Part shown: positions 35,447-47,917 of the stretch, in pieces
How positions within the stretch are numbered: position 1 is the stretch's first letter
Layout: the number at the start of each line of letters is the position of its first letter
Source of the DNA: Eledone cirrhosa
Lineage: Eukaryota
Direction of reading: 5' to 3'
Assembly (NCBI GenBank): GCA_964016885.1
Contig: OZ024752.1
Span: 35,898,001 to 35,962,000 of the forward strand
Length of the DNA stretch: 64,000 bases
Translations under genes and position numbers: made by a program
Notes under the pieces: generated by a model
The model's database searches: none
Told to the model about the DNA's origin: nothing
The model's input: only the letters and a program-made list of their open reading frames with translations

Positions 35447-37660
35447 ATAATTGTTTCTACTTTAGGCACAAGGCCAGCAATTAATCCAGTGTATTACTGG
35501 TACTTTATTTTATCGACCCCGTAAGGATGAAAGGCAAAGTTAACCTCGGCGGGATTTGAACTCAGAACGCAAAGGGCCGTAGCTCTATGCTGAAAAGGAT
35601 GGTGTCCGACGCTCTACCGATACTGCCAAACCACCAACCTTAATAGTGGTTTCTTATATAGGCACAAGGCGAGTAATTTAGGGGGAGGAGAAAGTCGATT
35701 AAATCGACCCCCGTAAGTTACTGGTATTTTATTTTATCGACCCCTTAAGGGTGAAAGGGAAATTAACCTCGGCGGGATTTGAACTTAGATCATAAAGGGC
35801 CGTAACTCTATACCGCAAAGCATGGCGCCCGGCTCTCTACCGATACTGCCAATCCACCACCTTGTATGTCATCAATAATTGTTTCTACTTTAGGCACAAG
35901 GCCAGCAATTACCCAGTGCATTACTGGTACTTTATTTTATCGACCCCGTAAGGATGAAAGGCAAAGTCAACCTCGGCGGGATTTGAACTCAGATCGTAAA
36001 GGGACGTAACTATGCTGGAAAGCATGGCGTCCGACCCTCTACTGATACTGCCAATCCACCGCCCTGTATGTCATCAATAATGAATCGTGGATTGGCAGTA
36101 TCGGTAGAGGGTCGGACACCATGCCTTGACGCATTGAGTTACGACCCTTGCCATTCTGAGTTCAAATTCCGCCGAGGTTAACTTTGCCTTTCATCCTTAC
36201 GGGGTCGATAAAATAAAGTACCAGTAATGCACTGGGTAATTGCTGGCCTTGTGCCAAAAAGTAGAAACAATTATTCAATATTATTCAACATGTTTTTATC
36301 ATCGTGTAGTATAACAATATAAAGTTATTGTAGTTGAAATAAATTACACGCTGAACTGTAAATGTGTGGAAAGACAGCACGTTAACGTAAAATACCAGAT
36401 AGACCACATTATTTGTTAGTCTCAAATTCCGCCGAGGTTAACTTTGCCTTTCATCCTTACGGGGTCGATAAAATAAAGTACCAGTAATGCACTGGGTAAT
36501 TGCTGGCCTTGTGCCAAAAAGTAGAAACAATTATTCAATATTATTCAACATGTTTTTATCATCGTGTAGTATAACAGTATAAAGTTATTGTAGTTGAAAT
36601 AAATTACACGCTGAACCGTAAATGCGTGGAAAGACAGCAGGTTAACGTAAAATACCAGATAGACCGCATTATGGTTAGTCTCACGGGGTCGATAAAATAA
36701 AGTACCAGTAATGCACTGGGTAATTGCTGGCCTTGTGCCAAAAAGTAGAAACAATTATTCAATATTATTCAACATGTTTTTATCATCGTGTAGTATAACA
36801 GTATAAAGTTATTGTAGTTGAAATAAATTACACGCTGAACCGTAAATGCGTGGAAAGACAGCAGGTTAACGTAAAATACCAGATAGACCGCATTATGGTT
36901 AGTCTCACGGGGTCGATAAAATAAAGTACCAGTAATGCACTGGGTAATTGCTGGCCTTGTGCCAAAAAGTAGAAACAATTATTCAATATTATTCAACATG
37001 TTTTTATCATCGTGTAGTATAACAGTATAAAGTTATTGTAGTTGAAATAAATTACACGCTGAACTGTAAATGTGTGGAAAGACAGCAGGTTAACGTAAAA
37101 TACCAGATAGACCGCATTATTTGTTAGTCTCAAATTCCGCCGAGGTTAACTTTGCCTTTCATCCTTACGGGGTCGATAAAATAAAGTACCAGTAATGCAC
37201 TGGGTAATTGCTGGCCTTGTGCCTAAAGTAGAAATAATTATTTGTTAGTCTCAATGGTTAATGTCATCCGTCGACTACTGTCGAGATGATGGATCTCACC
37301 CTCATGCCCCCAGAATTCCCTGTCCCCCATCGCTGCCCCCAGGTCCTGTCTACTGATTCCCGTATCCCTAGAGATAACGTCAGGGAATGACAGCTTCCTA
37401 CTCCTAGTCAGGCTGGAGTCAGGGTTCCAGAGCAAGAGAGCGGATATGATTTCATTGCTGGCACGGTTAATGTGGTGGTTTGACAGTATCAATAGAGGGT
37501 CGGACGCCATGCGTTGCAGCATAGAGTTACGGCCCTTTGTGATCTGAGTTCAAATCCCGCCGAGGTTAACTTTGCCTTTCATCCTTACTGTGACGATAAA
37601 ATAATGTACCAATAATACACTGGGATAATTGCTGGCCTTGTGCCAAACGAAGAAACAATT
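35447..37660. mobile_element. SINE cluster including a tandem amplification of SINE + flank
   Basis: Same consensus; unique flank repeated four times. Confidence 0.85.
37258..37470 (-). mobile_element. RTE-like LINE 3' fragment
   Basis: LLLWNP..FPDVISRDTG..LGAAMGDREFW. Confidence 0.55.
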
Positions 37661-37730
37661 ATGGTTAGCATCAGATAGTTCGAGATTCGATACAATAATC
37701 ATAATTTCTTTCTATTTATCTATCTATCTA

Positions 37731-37995
37731 TTGGCCCGAGCGGTTGGGCCTTCTCTCTATATAAGGTTGAGGAAAAAGAGGAAGAGAGGAAGGGAGTACT
37801 CACTCTTGGTGTTCCTGGAGATGAGGGTTGTACATTTTTTCGGGCTGTGTACAACCCCTGTGTAACGCCTCCCCCTATTGGGGATTTCAATTATTTGTTG
37901 TTTTATTAATAGTTTTATTTTCATATACCTGTATGCAAACTCCCCATTTGTATTTGTCCCCTTCTTTTGTGCTCTTGTGGCTAATAAAGAAATTT
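37731..37995 (+). mobile_element. Very short 3' fragment (ORF2 end + 3'UTR) of the same Tx1-like lineage
   Basis: Similar to 38911-39188 (TGGCCCGAG..GGGCCTT..TTTGTCCCCTTCTTTTGTG..GTGGCTAATAAAGAAAT); (TATC)n on both sides. Confidence 0.85.
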
Positions 37996-38013
37996 ATCTA
38001 TCTATCTATCTAC

Positions 38014-39188
38014 CTTTGGAAGAGGCGGGCTCCTTTGGTGAGAAGATCCATCTGTGCCAACACCCTTCTAACGGGGGGCTGGGGATGCCGTGGTTGACGA
38101 TGCGCAAACACGCGCTCAGGCTGCGCCATCTCTACGTATTCCTCACCGGACAGCCGGTGTGGGCCCCGTTCGTGAGGCGAGCCTTCCCACGACTCGTCTC
38201 GCTGACCGATCTGCAGTCCTGGGTCAAGCAAAGACCGAGGAAAATGGGCGACTGGCACATCGAATGTGCTCAGGCGCTCACAGCCCTCTGGCAGGCGGAC
38301 CCGGCGATCAGTGGAGACTCCACTTCGTCGTTCTATAGAGGGTTGATCCGCAGCAAGTGCGACGACGCGCTCGGTGAAACTCTAGGCGTAGAGGAAGATG
38401 AACTGGCCAGTCTGTTCGGTAGGACCTTCCACCCGGGACCGATAGACAACTTCCAAAAGTCCCTGGCCTGGCAGTGCTACCGAGGAGCTCTACCAGTTCG
38501 AGACAAGCTCTACAGACATGGGCAAAAAAGGTCTGTCCGAGGTGCGTGCGTAACGAAGAAACCGTCGCGCACGCATTCATACACTGCCCGGGCGTCACTG
38601 ACCTGTGGGGCTATGTAGAACGACTATTGTCGCGGGTGGGACCAATCCGGTTGACCCCCGAGTCTATTGTCATGATCAAACCGCCACCCTCCTTCAAAAA
38701 CGAAGGAGAGGCGGTTTTCCTTTGTGTGATAGCTATGGCGAAAGAGGTTGTATAGTGGACAAGGTTGAAAGGGCTGAGGTCAGACACCTTTCTCTCCGGC
38801 CAACAACTGATTCTTTTTTTCAAATACCACTTTGGAAGAAGAATCAGGATGGAGAGAGAGGTGCTGTACCCCAGCAAGTTTTATGAAAGGTGGGTGAAAG
38901 TGGCGGGAATGGCCCGAGTGAATGGGCCTTCACTCTATATCAGCCTGTAGGTTGAGGAAAAGGAGGAGAAGAGGAAAGGAGTACAAACTCTTCGTACTCC
39001 TGGAGACGAGGGTTGCACATTTTTCGGGGGTATGTGTTACCCATATAAACTGTCTCCCTCTATTGGGGAAAATCGACTAACTTTTTAAATTGCATTTGTG
39101 ATAACATTTTACACGTTTTTATTGTATGTAAACTTCCCCCTTTGTATTTGTCCCCTTCTTTTGTGCCCCTGTGGCTAATAAAGAAATA
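38014..39188 (+). mobile_element. 5'-truncated Tx1-like element, diverged second subfamily
   Basis: LWKRRAPLVRRSIC..GGLGMPWL..FQKSLAWQCYRGALPVR..CPRC..RVNGPSLYISL aligns to the ORF2 C-terminus of the array, with frameshifts and a stop; 3'UTR ends GTGGCTAATAAAGAAAT then TATCTATC. Confidence 0.9.
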
Positions 39189-39371
39189 TATCTATCTATG
39201 GTCCTGTAACCCCCAAGGGAGTCGTACGGGTACCGTATTGACATTCGAGGGTCGGTTGAAAAATACATAGGTTGACTATGAAGGAGTGACACCAGAACTG
39301 CGATATCTTGCATGCATTATCCTCAAAACATGCAGTCAAATTCTTTCGCCTTATGATTGCATACATATATA

Positions 39372-39981
39372 CATGGTGGCTGCCAACTCGTTTTCGAGTA
39401 CGGCCACTACTTTATATCCATGTAGGAGAACCCCTACCGATGCACTGAACGAGTGTGACTTTTTAGTCCAGCCAGCAACTTGAAAACTCTGGTACAAACA
39501 CCACACCCGTGACAATTATTGACACATAGTGCTGGGCCCATGGTACCATGTGACGACAAGTGTAGGGAGATCTCCAGATATAAAGCAATGCCTGTGCTGT
39601 GAAGCTTTTATAGTGAGCAAAGGCACTGCACAAAGCCAGTCCCACTCTCTTAACCAAGATGATATTTACCAAAAAGAAGAACAAGTCAACATCATTGGAT
39701 ACCATCAGGGTTGCAGGTATTATATCAGAGTTTTCCTTCTCCTAGAATTCTGCCTTGACAAAGGCTAAGGGGTCATCTCTCCCGGTGATTTTGGATGGCT
39801 ATTGACTCTTAAGAGCTCCTTTGCCCTTTGACAGGTTTTGTTTTTAGTCCTGCAGGATGTCCAAAGTCACCCTCCTCACCAAGAAACCTTGGTGGGGTTG
39901 CCAGTTTAGTCGCCAACGACCCGACCATGAGACAGGTTGTACTGGGATACATGTTACCAGTAGCACCAACTGGTGACCTGA
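39372..39981 (-). mobile_element. ~610-bp non-autonomous element sharing its 3' end with the zinc-finger RTE
   Basis: Near-identical to 60760-61368; the last ~170 bp match 59921-60098; (TACA)n flank. Confidence 0.8.
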
Positions 39982-40870
39982 CATACATACATACATACAT
40001 ACATACATACATACATACATACATACATACATACATACATACATACATACATACATACAATAGATGTTGTTAACTAATATATTTGTTACGTGTTGTTTCT
40101 TCCTGTCTGTCATTGATTAGTGTGTGTTGATTTATTCAATAAGATCTCTTTATCTTGGGTTTCGTTTGTGGAGAGCAATTTAAAATGATCGTCTGCTCTG
40201 TAAGGATTTCACGGCTGATATTTTGTATTTGTGGACGTGAACAATTACTTTATTTATTTTAGCTTTTAATTGGCTGGTTTTATCTTTCTCAAGTATTTGT
40301 TTCTAGGATAACTATTTCTCTTACATTCACTTCGGGGAGGTGAGGAATCGTAAAGTTCATCGTCAATGTTTATAATGTTTGTTTTGGGGTGTTTTATCTT
40401 TTATATTTTATAGAACCTGATAGAGCTGTTTGCTTTCATTGTTTGTTTTGTTTTTTTGTGTTTTGTTTTTTACCGTTTTTGTGCGGAGGTGGGGAGTGGG
40501 GTTAACTTTCAGAGAGATAATACCATCCAAATTAAAAGGTAAACTGGGGGAAAAAGGCCCCCGGTTAATTGCTTTGATAAATGAGGTCATGTCTGTTTGT
40601 CAAATTCAACAAAAAATAACAAAAAAAACATAAGCACGCCCAGGGCAGGGCATCATCTGCTGAGGCCCTTATATATATGTATGTGTGTGTGTATGTGCAT
40701 ATATATATATATATATCAATATACACATATACATATATACATATATATGTACTCCTGAAGAAGGGCTTAAGACCGATGACACGTCGAACTTTCTTTCCTC
40801 TTTCCAATATAAAGCGTGAAACTAATAATACTTTTTGTACCTCTGTTATAACATTATTAATAATTATCAA

Positions 40871-41325
40871 TGGCGGTGGATTGGCTGTATCGGTAGAGGG
40901 TCGGACGCCATGCTTTCCAGCAAAGAGTTACGGCCCTTTATGATCTGAGTTCCAATCCCGCCGAGGTTAACTTTGCCTTTCATCCTTACGGGGTCGATAA
41001 AATAAAGTACCAGTAATGTACTGGATAATTGCTGGCCTTGTGCCTAAAATAGAAACAATTATTATAGTTCAAATCCCGCCGAGGTTAACTTTGCGTTTCA
41101 TCCTTTCGGGGTTGATAAAATAAAGTACCAGTAATACGCTGGAATAATTGCTGGCTTTGTGCCAAATGTAGAAACAATTATTATTATTATTTTCATACCT
41201 TTATGTTCTGAGTTCAAATCCCGCCGAGGTTAACTTTGCCTTTCATCCTTACGGGGTCGATAAAATAAAGTACCAGTAATGCACTGGGTTATTGCTGGCC
41301 TTGTGCCAAAAGTAGAAACAATTAT
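40871..41325 (+). mobile_element. SINE plus two 3'-half copies
   Basis: Same consensus. Confidence 0.85.
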
Positions 41326-43248
41326 TAATAATTATTAATTAATTCTACCGTGCAATGCCTGTGCGTGAAGATTTTTTTTAAAGTGAGGAAAGACTGTGCA
41401 CTGAACCAATCCCACTCTCTGAGCGACAGTAGCTATAACCCGAAAAGAAGAAAAGATCAACATCATCGGTAACTACTGAGCTGCAGGTTTTATATCGGAG
41501 TTATCGCAGTTTCCTGAGTTGCCTTCTCTTAGAAGAATGCCCTGACAAAGGCTGTGAGTATGCGGGTTCGTACGTATATAGGGTGTGTGTATATGTGTAC
41601 TTTGTGTTTTGGTTGACGTACGTTTAGCGAACATATGTGTATTTACATGTGGGTATGTGTATGCGCGTGTTATATACGTATTTATGTGTGTATATTTATA
41701 TACGTTTATATAATTATATGTATACCCGCACACACACACATATATATATATATTTTATATATATTTTTATGTGTATTTGGTGTATACGTTCGTATGTGTG
41801 CAGGTACAGGCGTTGCGTGGGTTCTGTATGTGCGTGCGTGTTTTTTTTTGTGTGTACGTGCTTGTATTTGCATACCCATCGCGGGTGTTTTCGCGTAAGC
41901 ATGTGTACGTATATGGATGCGTGTATGTATATATTTAATTTCAATTACCTCTGTAATTTATTTACATTATTCTTAACTCTGAAGCCGAGAATCATTCGGT
42001 TTCCTAAATAGAATTTTAGTCTACAACTTCAGTTATACCATAAACGTGGTTTCGTCTTTGCGTGTAATTGTTCTCACCGCTCCACATAATGACGTATTAT
42101 CTTCGTTTTTTTTTTCGTTCATTGCCAGAGAACGTTTCCACGAACCACCTAATAAAATATTAGTCTACGACTTCATTTATACCATAAACGTGGTTTTGTC
42201 TTTGCGTGTAATTGTTTCACCGCTCCAAATAATTGTTTCTACTTTAGGCACAAGGCCAGCAATTACCGCTCCAAATAATGACGTATTATCTCCGTTTCTT
42301 TTTCGTTCTTTGCCAGGGAACGTTTCCATGAACCAAAGTATCGTCTTCCTGTCATCCTTCGGTTGCAACGTTTTTCGAAATATTTACTTCTGCGTTCACA
42401 GATTGATTTTTTTTAGTTTCAGAAGATCCCGTTAAGGGTGAAAGCAGCGATTCTTTGCTTAAACTTTAATCTGTTATTTTAATAAATATTTGCTCTACGG
42501 TTCTTATATATTTGATATATATTTATCCTGATCGAGCCCTCATTGGATTTTAGTCCTCAAATTTATTATTATTACTATATATATATACATACACACACAA
42601 TATCCTTAGATGGTAAATATTTCTCCTAAAACATTTTAATATGTGCAGTAATATAGTTGTATACTTCCATTAAACTACAATATATTAGATATGAAAATAT
42701 AAGAATTCATGTGTGTGTATGCAACGAGATAAAACCTTCAAATTTTTAGAAAGTTAAATATCAGAAAATATTAGATTTTATCTAAATCCACATGAAACGA
42801 AAGCGAGTATGAAAATGGCAGGAAGATGCGCCATACTAGGCAGGGGTATATCAGAAGTAGTTGTTAAGGGTGAATAGCGAAATGGTAATGAGATATACTC
42901 TGGTAGTAACTGACACAGAACTACATGATCTCGTGAAGAACAGTTACATTATTTAGCACGGTGGAGTGGCAATAGAATCGGCAGAGCGTCGGACAACATG
43001 CTTTGCAGCATAGAGTTACGGCCCTTTATGATCTGAGTTCAAATTCCACTGCGGTTAGTTTTGCCTTTCATCCTTACGGGGTCGACAAAATCCTATAACG
43101 CACTGGTTTCTATTTAATAGACTTTTCCCTTTCCAAAAACTTGTTGGCCTTGTGACTAAATCAGAAACCATTTTTCAGTACGTATAGGGTCGAACAAAGA
43201 TCTAAGATACATCTATCTCGATTTCATAAAGGTAACTGCAATATATCA

Positions 43249-43915
43249 GGAGGGAAGACGCGTGGTTTAGTTGCAAGGGTGTTGGATTTACGATCATAAT
43301 GTCGAGGGTTCGATTCCTGGATTGGGTTGTGTTGCGTTCTTGAGCAAAACACTTTATTTTATGTTACTACAATATACCCAACTGAAAATAGGTGCCAACA
43401 ATAACTGGGTGGTTAACCCTGCGATAGACTGGTGTCCTGTCCAGGGAGGGGGAAATTCTTGTCCTCGCAGTCGCTTAATGTCTATGAAATCGAAATAAGC
43501 ATTAACCTAATGAGCCTTCGGGCTTCAGACAGACATTAATCCTGCGATGGACTGGTGTCCTGTCCAGGGAGGGGGAAATTCTTGTCCTCGCAGTCGCTTA
43601 ATGTCTATGAAATCGAAATAAGCATTAACCTAATGAGCCTTCGGGCTCCAGACAGACATTAATCCTGCGATGGACTGGTGTCCTGTCCAGGGAGGGGGAA
43701 ATTCTTGTCCTCGCAGTCGCTTAATGTCTATGAAATCGAAATAAGCATTAACCTAATGAGCCTTCGGGCTCCAGACAGACATTAATCCTGCGATGGACTG
43801 GTGTCCTGTCCAGGGAGGGGGAAATTATTGTCCTCGCAGTCGCTTAATGTCTATGAGACCCTGTATGAACACTAGCCTGATGAGTTCCCCACCCCCGAGC
43901 TCGAGACAGACTTTT
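43249..43915 (+). mobile_element. tRNA-derived SINE with a V-domain-like core amplified as 4 x 123 bp
   Basis: Head TGGTTTAGT..GGTTCGATTCC; CCTGCGATGGACTGG..CCTGTCCAGGG at 43418, 43541, 43664 and 43787. Confidence 0.75.
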
Positions 43916-44294
43916 AGTCTTAGAATATATCTGAAATATATTCTATGTCATAATGTCATATGATGAAGTAAACGTGGAAATTGTGTCAGAACAAGATGTC
44001 ACAAGACATGCAGCAAGAAAGTTTTTAGTCAACAACTCAATGTCTGAGAAGGCAATATTGGAATGTTATATCTCAAGATATTTGATCCTGCAGAAAACAA
44101 ACAAAGTAACATACATAACTAGTTAATATATGAGGGTTGGCTGAAAGGTTCATAGACTTACTATGAAGGAGTGGTGAAATCTTGCATGCATTAATTTCAA
44201 CTCTGTTTTAGTCTATGAGGGCACCACCTTTGAACAAGACCTAATGTGTTTCCATGTAATGTTACCAGACTTCTTTTACAATAATTCATAGTCA

Positions 44295-44346
<52 letters not shown>

Positions 44347-44530
44347 AAAAAAAGATGAAATCGAAAATGCAACTGGAGTCTTATTTTTTTAAAAATATGT
44401 GAGAAAAACCACAGACCCTCCATCTCAACTCTACTTTTGAAAAGCAGAACTGCGAAACCGGTAAAGGAACCAAATATCTGTTTCAACACACGTTTTCAGA
44501 GAAGAAATCTCGCAAAACAAATTCAAAAAC

Positions 44531-44861
<331 letters not shown>

Positions 44862-45219
44862 GAAACACACAGATACATGCGGACACACACATATACATGA
44901 ATGCATCCACACCCAACGTAGTCGAGGAATTTAGGAGCAGTTTAGGTATGATACATTTTATTACTAATTATATCTAAATGTTTCTTCTCTCTTCATAATG
45001 TATATATATATATATATATATATTCTAATATTTGGATACAGAAGAAATATCACTATTCATAATTAACTATAATTTTCTTTGCTCCACAGATTAAATATGA
45101 ATTTGTGGAAAGAAGAGAGGGTTGGACTGATATTTCTCAGTGGAGGTGAAGGATGGTTATATCAAAAGATAGCAGATGTGTTTAATGCACGGCATCCCAG
45201 CCAATCCACCTCCCGAAAA

Positions 45220-45602
45220 ATAATGGTTTCTACTTTTGGCTCAAGGCCAGCAATTAACCAAATGTATTACTGGTACTTTATTTCATTGACCCCGTATGGA
45301 TGAAAGGCAAAGTTAACCTCGGCAGGATTTGAACTCAGATCCTAAAGGGCCGTAACTCTATGCTGCAAAGCATGCCGTCCGAGTCTCTACCGATACTGCC
45401 AATGAATAATAATAATTTCTGATTTAGGCACTAAGCCATTAAATCGAACCCAGTGTGTTACTGGTACTTTATTTTATCGAACCCGTAAGAATGAAAGGCA
45501 AAACTAACTTCTGCGTGATTTGAACTCAGAACGTAAAGGGACGTAACCATATGTGACGAATCATGTTGTCCGGCGCTCTACCGATTCTGCCAATCCACCA
45601 CC
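45220..45602 (-). mobile_element. Two SINE copies
   Basis: Same consensus. Confidence 0.8.
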
Positions 45603-46069
45603 CTTTTCTCAATTTTAATTAGAATTGATTACAACAAATGTTAGACATCAGTTTATAGAATAAACAAAGGTTTGTTCACAATGTCGAACGAGATCTCAAA
45701 TTACATTCGAGAGTCTCGTGTAACATAGGACAAAACTGAATATTTTAAGGTTAATCTATGAAATATAAAGCAATCAAGTTTAATAACATGTTTTCATAGA
45801 CAGTTGAAATAAACTGTATGTCACAAACAGAAAGGTTATCGTCATTTCAAAACAATTTAGATTCCCTTGGATCATATTAAGCCTTTAATGATGTTAATGA
45901 TATAAAAATACAAAGAAGAAACAAGCTAATCACGTTGCTTTATCTACAGCGCAAATTTCAAATTTCAAATATTTAAATATTCTCTGCTTTGGTCGTCAAA
46001 AACGCTGAAACCTATCTGGCGTCCTTGGTCGCCGCACTGCCGAATATCTTGCGCAGGGTCGGAAAGACT

Positions 46070-46222
46070 CTAACCCTAACACTAGCTTGAATCCTAATTC
46101 TAACCTTAACTCTAAATCTAAACATAACCCTAACCTTAACCTTAACCTTAGCCCTAACCCTAATCTTAACCTTAACTCTAGCCTTAACCTTAACTCTTAT
46201 GTAGTCCTAATCTTAACTCTAA
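46070..46222. repeat. Degenerate (TAACCC)n telomere-like hexamer tract
   Basis: TAACCC/TAACCT/TAATCT units. Confidence 0.7.
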
Positions 46223-46370
46223 TTCCAGTGCTAGACTTACCTGTAAACTAAATAAGCTATAGCTTAGGGCTACACACCCTCAGGGGCCTCATTTTTAAAA
46301 ATATGTTTTCATTTTATCATTAGATTTTATTCTTTAACAGTAAATCATTATATATATAATATATATATAT

Positions 46371-46608
46371 ATAGGAACAAGTAAGACCCCGACGGCTGAG
46401 CTCAAGCCGTTTCGACGGCTAATTCTAGAATTAGCCGTCCAAACGGCTTAAGCTCAGCCGTCGGGGTCTTACTTGTTAATTAGCCGTCGAAACGGCTTGA
46501 GCTCAGCCGTCGGGGGTCTTACTTGTTCCTATTACCCACTCTACTACCCTAAGTATTGAGTACTTTGGTGCGTTATGGTCCACCTGGTTCCTTACCACAT
46601 TTCCTTCG

Positions 46609-46610
<2 letters not shown>
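46371..46610. mobile_element. Fold-back short element with a duplicated right arm
   Basis: Arm, inverted arm, second inverted arm, tail; (TA)n flanks. Confidence 0.8.
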
Positions 46611-46677
<67 letters not shown>

Positions 46678-46681
<4 letters not shown>

Positions 46682-47036
46682 AAAAAGTATGACCCCGACG
46701 GCAGAGCTCAAGCCGTTTCGACGGCTATTTCCCTCAGCGGGATTTGAATTCAGAATGTTAAGTAACGTAACTGTATGCCACAGAATATGTTATCCAACGT
46801 TCTACCGAATAACAGTTTCTGATTTAGGCACAAGGTTAACAATTTGGGAGGAGGGGTAAGCGGATTAAATCGACCCCAGTGCATTACTGGTAGATTATTT
46901 CAGTCCAGAAATAGCCGTCGAAACGGCTTGAGCTCTGCCGTCGGGATCATACTTTTTCCTATTTCCCACTCTACTACCCTAAGTATTGAGTACTCTGGTG
47001 CGCTATGGTCCATTTGGTTCCTTACCACAATTCCTT

Positions 47037-47041
<5 letters not shown>
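46678..47041. mobile_element. Fold-back short element with a 169-bp insert at its axis
   Basis: Arms at 46678-46731 and 46907-46960; insert 46732-46900 matches 48842-49011. Confidence 0.8.
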
Positions 47042-47090
<49 letters not shown>

Positions 47091-47152
47091 GACATTAATA
47101 TAAAAAATAATTATATTTTTTAGGGAAGAGCCTCAATTTTCAGCAGGCTGTC

Positions 47153-47354
47153 TAATCTTAATCCTAATGCTAATTCTAACTTTAACTTTAGCCCTAACGA
47201 ACCCATAATGCTAACCTTAATTCTAACCCTAACACAAACCCTAATGAACCCTAACCCTAATCCTAACTTTAACCTTAACGAACCCTAACCTTGACACTAA
47301 CCCTAGCCCTAACCCTTACTGTAACCCTAACCTTAACTCAAATCGTAACCCTAA
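47153..47354. repeat. Degenerate (TAACCC)n telomere-like hexamer tract
   Basis: As above, same strand. Confidence 0.7.
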
Positions 47355-47917
47355 GCTTCGTGTATATATACGGTGAATCGAACGAGATATTTTCGGTTTT
47401 ATTTTTGTTTGTTTTTTCCATTTCGATATCTATTATCAAAAGCACCCATATTTCCAATAAATATCGAACGAAGAAGCTTAAGAAAATTAAAACAATTTTT
47501 CTATCATCTCAAAATAAGAAAATATGTTCTTGTTTGCGTTAAATATCAACAGATTGAATCAGAAACTCTAATCTATAGAAACTATGAAACTAAATATGTG
47601 TGGTGGGAAGCAACAGAACAAAAGATCGTATTTTTTAAAATCCTGTTACTGTAAATCAGAGAACGATCTTTGTTACAATGACAATATATTACTGTAATAT
47701 ATATTAGCTTTGGCTGCTAATGTGAAACAAAGTGATATATATTTTAGTTTAAAACAAAAACAATGTTTTTTCTCTCTTTTTTTTTTTTTTATCAGTATAA
47801 CGAACGATGGAATGGCTCTTCAGCGCATCTCCCTTACCATCGTTCGGGGAAACGCCTTCTTCTACATTCTGTCCGCCGGAGCTGTGGGACGGCCAGCACG
47901 TGGGGCCCCTTTCTTTT

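Noticed and set aside
39890-39981. Possible HDV-like ribozyme at the 5' end of the RTE derivative (CCAGT...CTAAACTGG)
   Set aside because: P2 and J4/2-like parts are visible but I could not build P1/P1.1; needs a covariance search.
43505-43910. Hammerhead-like CTAATGAGCC-TTCG-GGCTC / CTGATGAG..CTCGAGAC in the 123-bp tandem
   Set aside because: No copy has both CTGAnGA and GAAA, and no stem I or stem III could be closed.
46232-46250. Minus-strand CAG|GTAAGT as donor of an upstream MCT exon
   Set aside because: Isolated motif beside repeats, with no supporting exon evidence.
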